Shown here piece after piece: positions 61,022 through 64,000 of a DNA stretch of 64,000 bases. A model generated the notes under the pieces. That model had not been told where the DNA came from. It did not search any database and was given only the letters and a program-made list of their open reading frames with translations. The DNA lies in the NCBI GenBank assembly GCA_964187785.1, contig CAXLNC010001480.1, positions 1 through 64,000 on the forward strand, in the 5' to 3' direction. This stretch comes from Amphiscolops sp. MND2022 (taxonomy: Eukaryota). The translations under genes were made by a program, and so were the position numbers. The stretch's first letter is position 1. Every line of letters begins with the position of its first letter.

Positions 61022-61710
61022 ACTGAAAGCAGATCTTAAAACTAAATTCTTGATTTTACAATGATGTAAATTATTCAACGAGAATAACAAAACTATTCAA
61101 TGTCACAATCATCATCGATGTCATCTGTATCGTCCACAGTAATAGCATTCCAGGTTGACCATCATGGCTAATTCATAGATATTCATCAATGATCATTGAT
61201 TTTTCAACACATTACATACTTATTCATGAAAAAACATCGATGATCCATTATTCTGGTGTATTTAAATGAAATTTGTTTGTTTTAATGGATGTCAAACTGG
61301 ATTTTATGGTATTAATCTTTTCATAATTCATCGAATCTATTGTATTCAATTTACCAACAGTTCATAAACTGGACCTTCTCATTAATTTGCATCGATGATC
61401 ATCTGCTATTACAGTAAATTTAATGTTTTTCTTTTTTAATGAATAAAAACACCATGCGAAACGAAACTGAATGTCTGCAACAATAAGGATTTCCCGGTGT
61501 TCAAGAGGGCAATTTTATGCCTGAATTAGATTGTTGCGATTCGCTGCAAGCTGCAGAGCCTCCTTGCCGTGTCAGTAACGGTCCCATACATATAAATGAT
61601 GAAAACCTTTAAAAAAAAGCTCACCTTCTTTCCGGTTGAGAAGGTTCCATTTAAGAAGAAGTTGCAGAAGAAGTTTGAGTACAACAGAGTCAAAACAAAT
61701 CTGAAAATGG

Positions 61711-63465
61711 GTGATTTTAGACGTTAATCCACAAAAACAGTGATTCTAGACGTTATTCCACAAGAAAAGTGGATTCAGACGTTATTCCGCAAAAAAAAGA
61801 TTTTAGACGTTATTCTACAAGAATACGGTAATTTTAGACATTATTCTAGCGAAATACAGTGCTTTTAGATCTTATTCTATCAAAATAAGAATGATTTTAG
61901 ACGATATTCCACAAATATAGTGATTTTAGACGTAATTCCCCAAAAAAGTGATTTTAGACGTTATTCCGCAAAAATAACGATTTTAGACGGTATTCTACCA
62001 GAATACGGTAATTTTAGACATTATTCTAGCGGAATACAGTGCTGTTAGATCTTATTCTACCAAAATAAGAATGATTTTAGACGTTATTCCACAAATATAG
62101 TGATTTTAGACGTAATTCCCCAAAAAAGTGATTTTAGACGTTATTCCGCAAAAATATCGGTTTTAGACGTTATTCTACCAGAATATGGTAATTTTAGATA
62201 TTATTCTAGTGAAATACAGTGTTTTTAGATCTTATTCTACCAAAAAAAGTGATTTTAGACGTTATTCCACAAATATAGTGATTTTAGATGTTATTCCCCA
62301 AAAACGTGATTTTAGACGTAATTCCGCAAAAAAAAAACGATTTTAGACGGTATTCTACCAAAATACGGTAGTTTTAGAGATTATTCTAATGAAATACAGT
62401 GTTTTTAGATCCTATTCTACCAAAATCTAGTGATTTTAGACGTTATTCCACAAATATAGTGATTTTAGACGTTATTCCCCAAAAAAGTGATTTTAAACGT
62501 TATTCCGCAAAAATAACAATTTTAGACGTTATTCTACCAAAATACGGTAGTTTTAGAGATTATTCTAATGAAATACAGTGTTTTTAGATCTTATTCTACC
62601 AAAATATAGTGATTTTAGACGTTATTCCACAAATATAGTGATTTTAGACGTTATTCCCCAAAAACGTGATTTTAGACGTAATTCCGCAAAAATAACGATT
62701 TTAGACGGTATTCTACCAAAATACGTTAGTTTTAGAGATTATTCTAATGAAATAGCGTTTTTAGATCTTATTCTACTAAAATATAGTGATTTTAGACGTT
62801 ATTCCACAAATATAGTGATTTTAGACGTTATTCCCCAAAAACGTGATCTTAGACGTAATTCCGCAAAAATAACGATTTTAGACGGTATTCTACCAAAATA
62901 TGGTAGTTTTAGAGATTATTCTAATGAAATAGCGTTTTTAGATCCTATTCTACCAAAATATAGTGATTTTAGACGTTATTCCACAAATATAGTGATTTTA
63001 GACGTTATTCCCCAAAAACGTGATTTTAGACGTAATTCCGCAAAAATAACGATTTTAGACGGTATTCTACCAAAATACGGTAGTTTTAGAGATTATTCTA
63101 ATGAAATACAGTGTTTTTAGATCTTATTCTACCAAAATATAGTGATTTTAGACGTTTTTCCCCAAAAAAGTGATTTTAGACGTTATTCCGCAAAAATAAC
63201 AATTTTAGACGGCATTCTACCAAAATACGGTAGTTTTAGAGATTATTCTAATGAAATACAGTGTTTTTAGATCTTATTCTACCAAAATATATTGATTTTA
63301 GACGTTATTCCACAAATATAGTGATTTTAGACGTTATTCCCCAAAAAAGTGATTTTAGACTTTATTCCGCAAAAATAACGATTTTAGACGACATTCTACC
63401 AGAATATGGTAATTTTAGACATTATTCAAGTGAAATACAGTGTTTTTAGATGTAATTCCAATGAA
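61711..63465. repeat. Satellite of ~30-bp subunits (GATTTTAGACGTTATTC core) arranged as ~177-182-bp hexameric higher-order repeats
   Basis: Direct inspection; the spurious ORF repeats every 59-60 aa. Confidence 0.97.
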
Positions 63466-64000
63466 ATAGGCACTTTAGGCCTTTTTAAAATCAGAAATGA
63501 AATACTCTGGCCCAAAATTTAATTGAATTTCCGGAATTAGAATTTTTCATTTTCAAACAATTCGTTGACTTTTTTAATCGAAAAACACCTAATTTTTTCG
63601 ATTCTTGCAAGAAACTCCGCATAAATGCTTGAAAAAACCTCTTGTAACCCTTTTTGTGAGTTTTTCATCAGACTTTCCCCTTATCTTCGATACTGGAGAA
63701 AGTTTTGAAAAATTCAAACGTCAGCCAATCAAAACAGCCTTATTCTGATATTCCGTTCTAAAGTAGTTCCCTAAAAAAGCCGTGTAGAACTTTGTTATGG
63801 AATTGTTTTTGTTTTTCCAAACCCGAAAAGTGATGAAGATTGCTTGTTCCGACATTTTTCATGCAACAAAAAATTTTTTCCATCCAAAAGAATTTCAGTA
63901 ATACGAATTTGTTTACCACACTGGCACATGTAGAAAATTTGTTTACATCAGATTGTAGCGTCTGTGCTTACAAAACTTGAGGTTTTGCCCACGCAAACCT

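Noticed and set aside
62399-63449. Repetitive 180-aa ORF, or a CRISPR-like array
   Set aside because: Tandem satellite with no unique spacers, in a eukaryotic context with no cas genes.

Overview
Repeat-rich eukaryotic (probably invertebrate animal) nuclear DNA, almost all nested transposons and satellites; no conventional host gene was identified. Left to right: an internally deleted Ty1/copia element inside a TIR-bounded MITE-like element; a 1.5-kb tandem duplication of an unidentified decayed ORF; and a young 15.7-kb Ty3/gypsy element (8768-24443, 2.06-kb LTRs about 99.7% identical, TSD CTGCC). Between pol and the 3' LTR this element carries an antisense, four-intron gene resembling a catalytically dead hAT transposase, plus a small sense ORF; its gag starts inside the LTR. 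Then come a BEL/Pao remnant, a second gypsy (27652-33060, TSD GTACG), degenerate gypsy remnants including a fold-back integrase palindrome, a gag-only relative of the large gypsy, a ~400-bp satellite with a 796-bp higher-order unit, a minus-strand cluster of SGNH-hydrolase, CACTA/CMC transposase, SET-domain and BEN-like genes, a tRNA-derived SINE head, a MULE-type MITE and a 30-bp/180-bp satellite. Family assignments come from motif recognition only; no searches were run.
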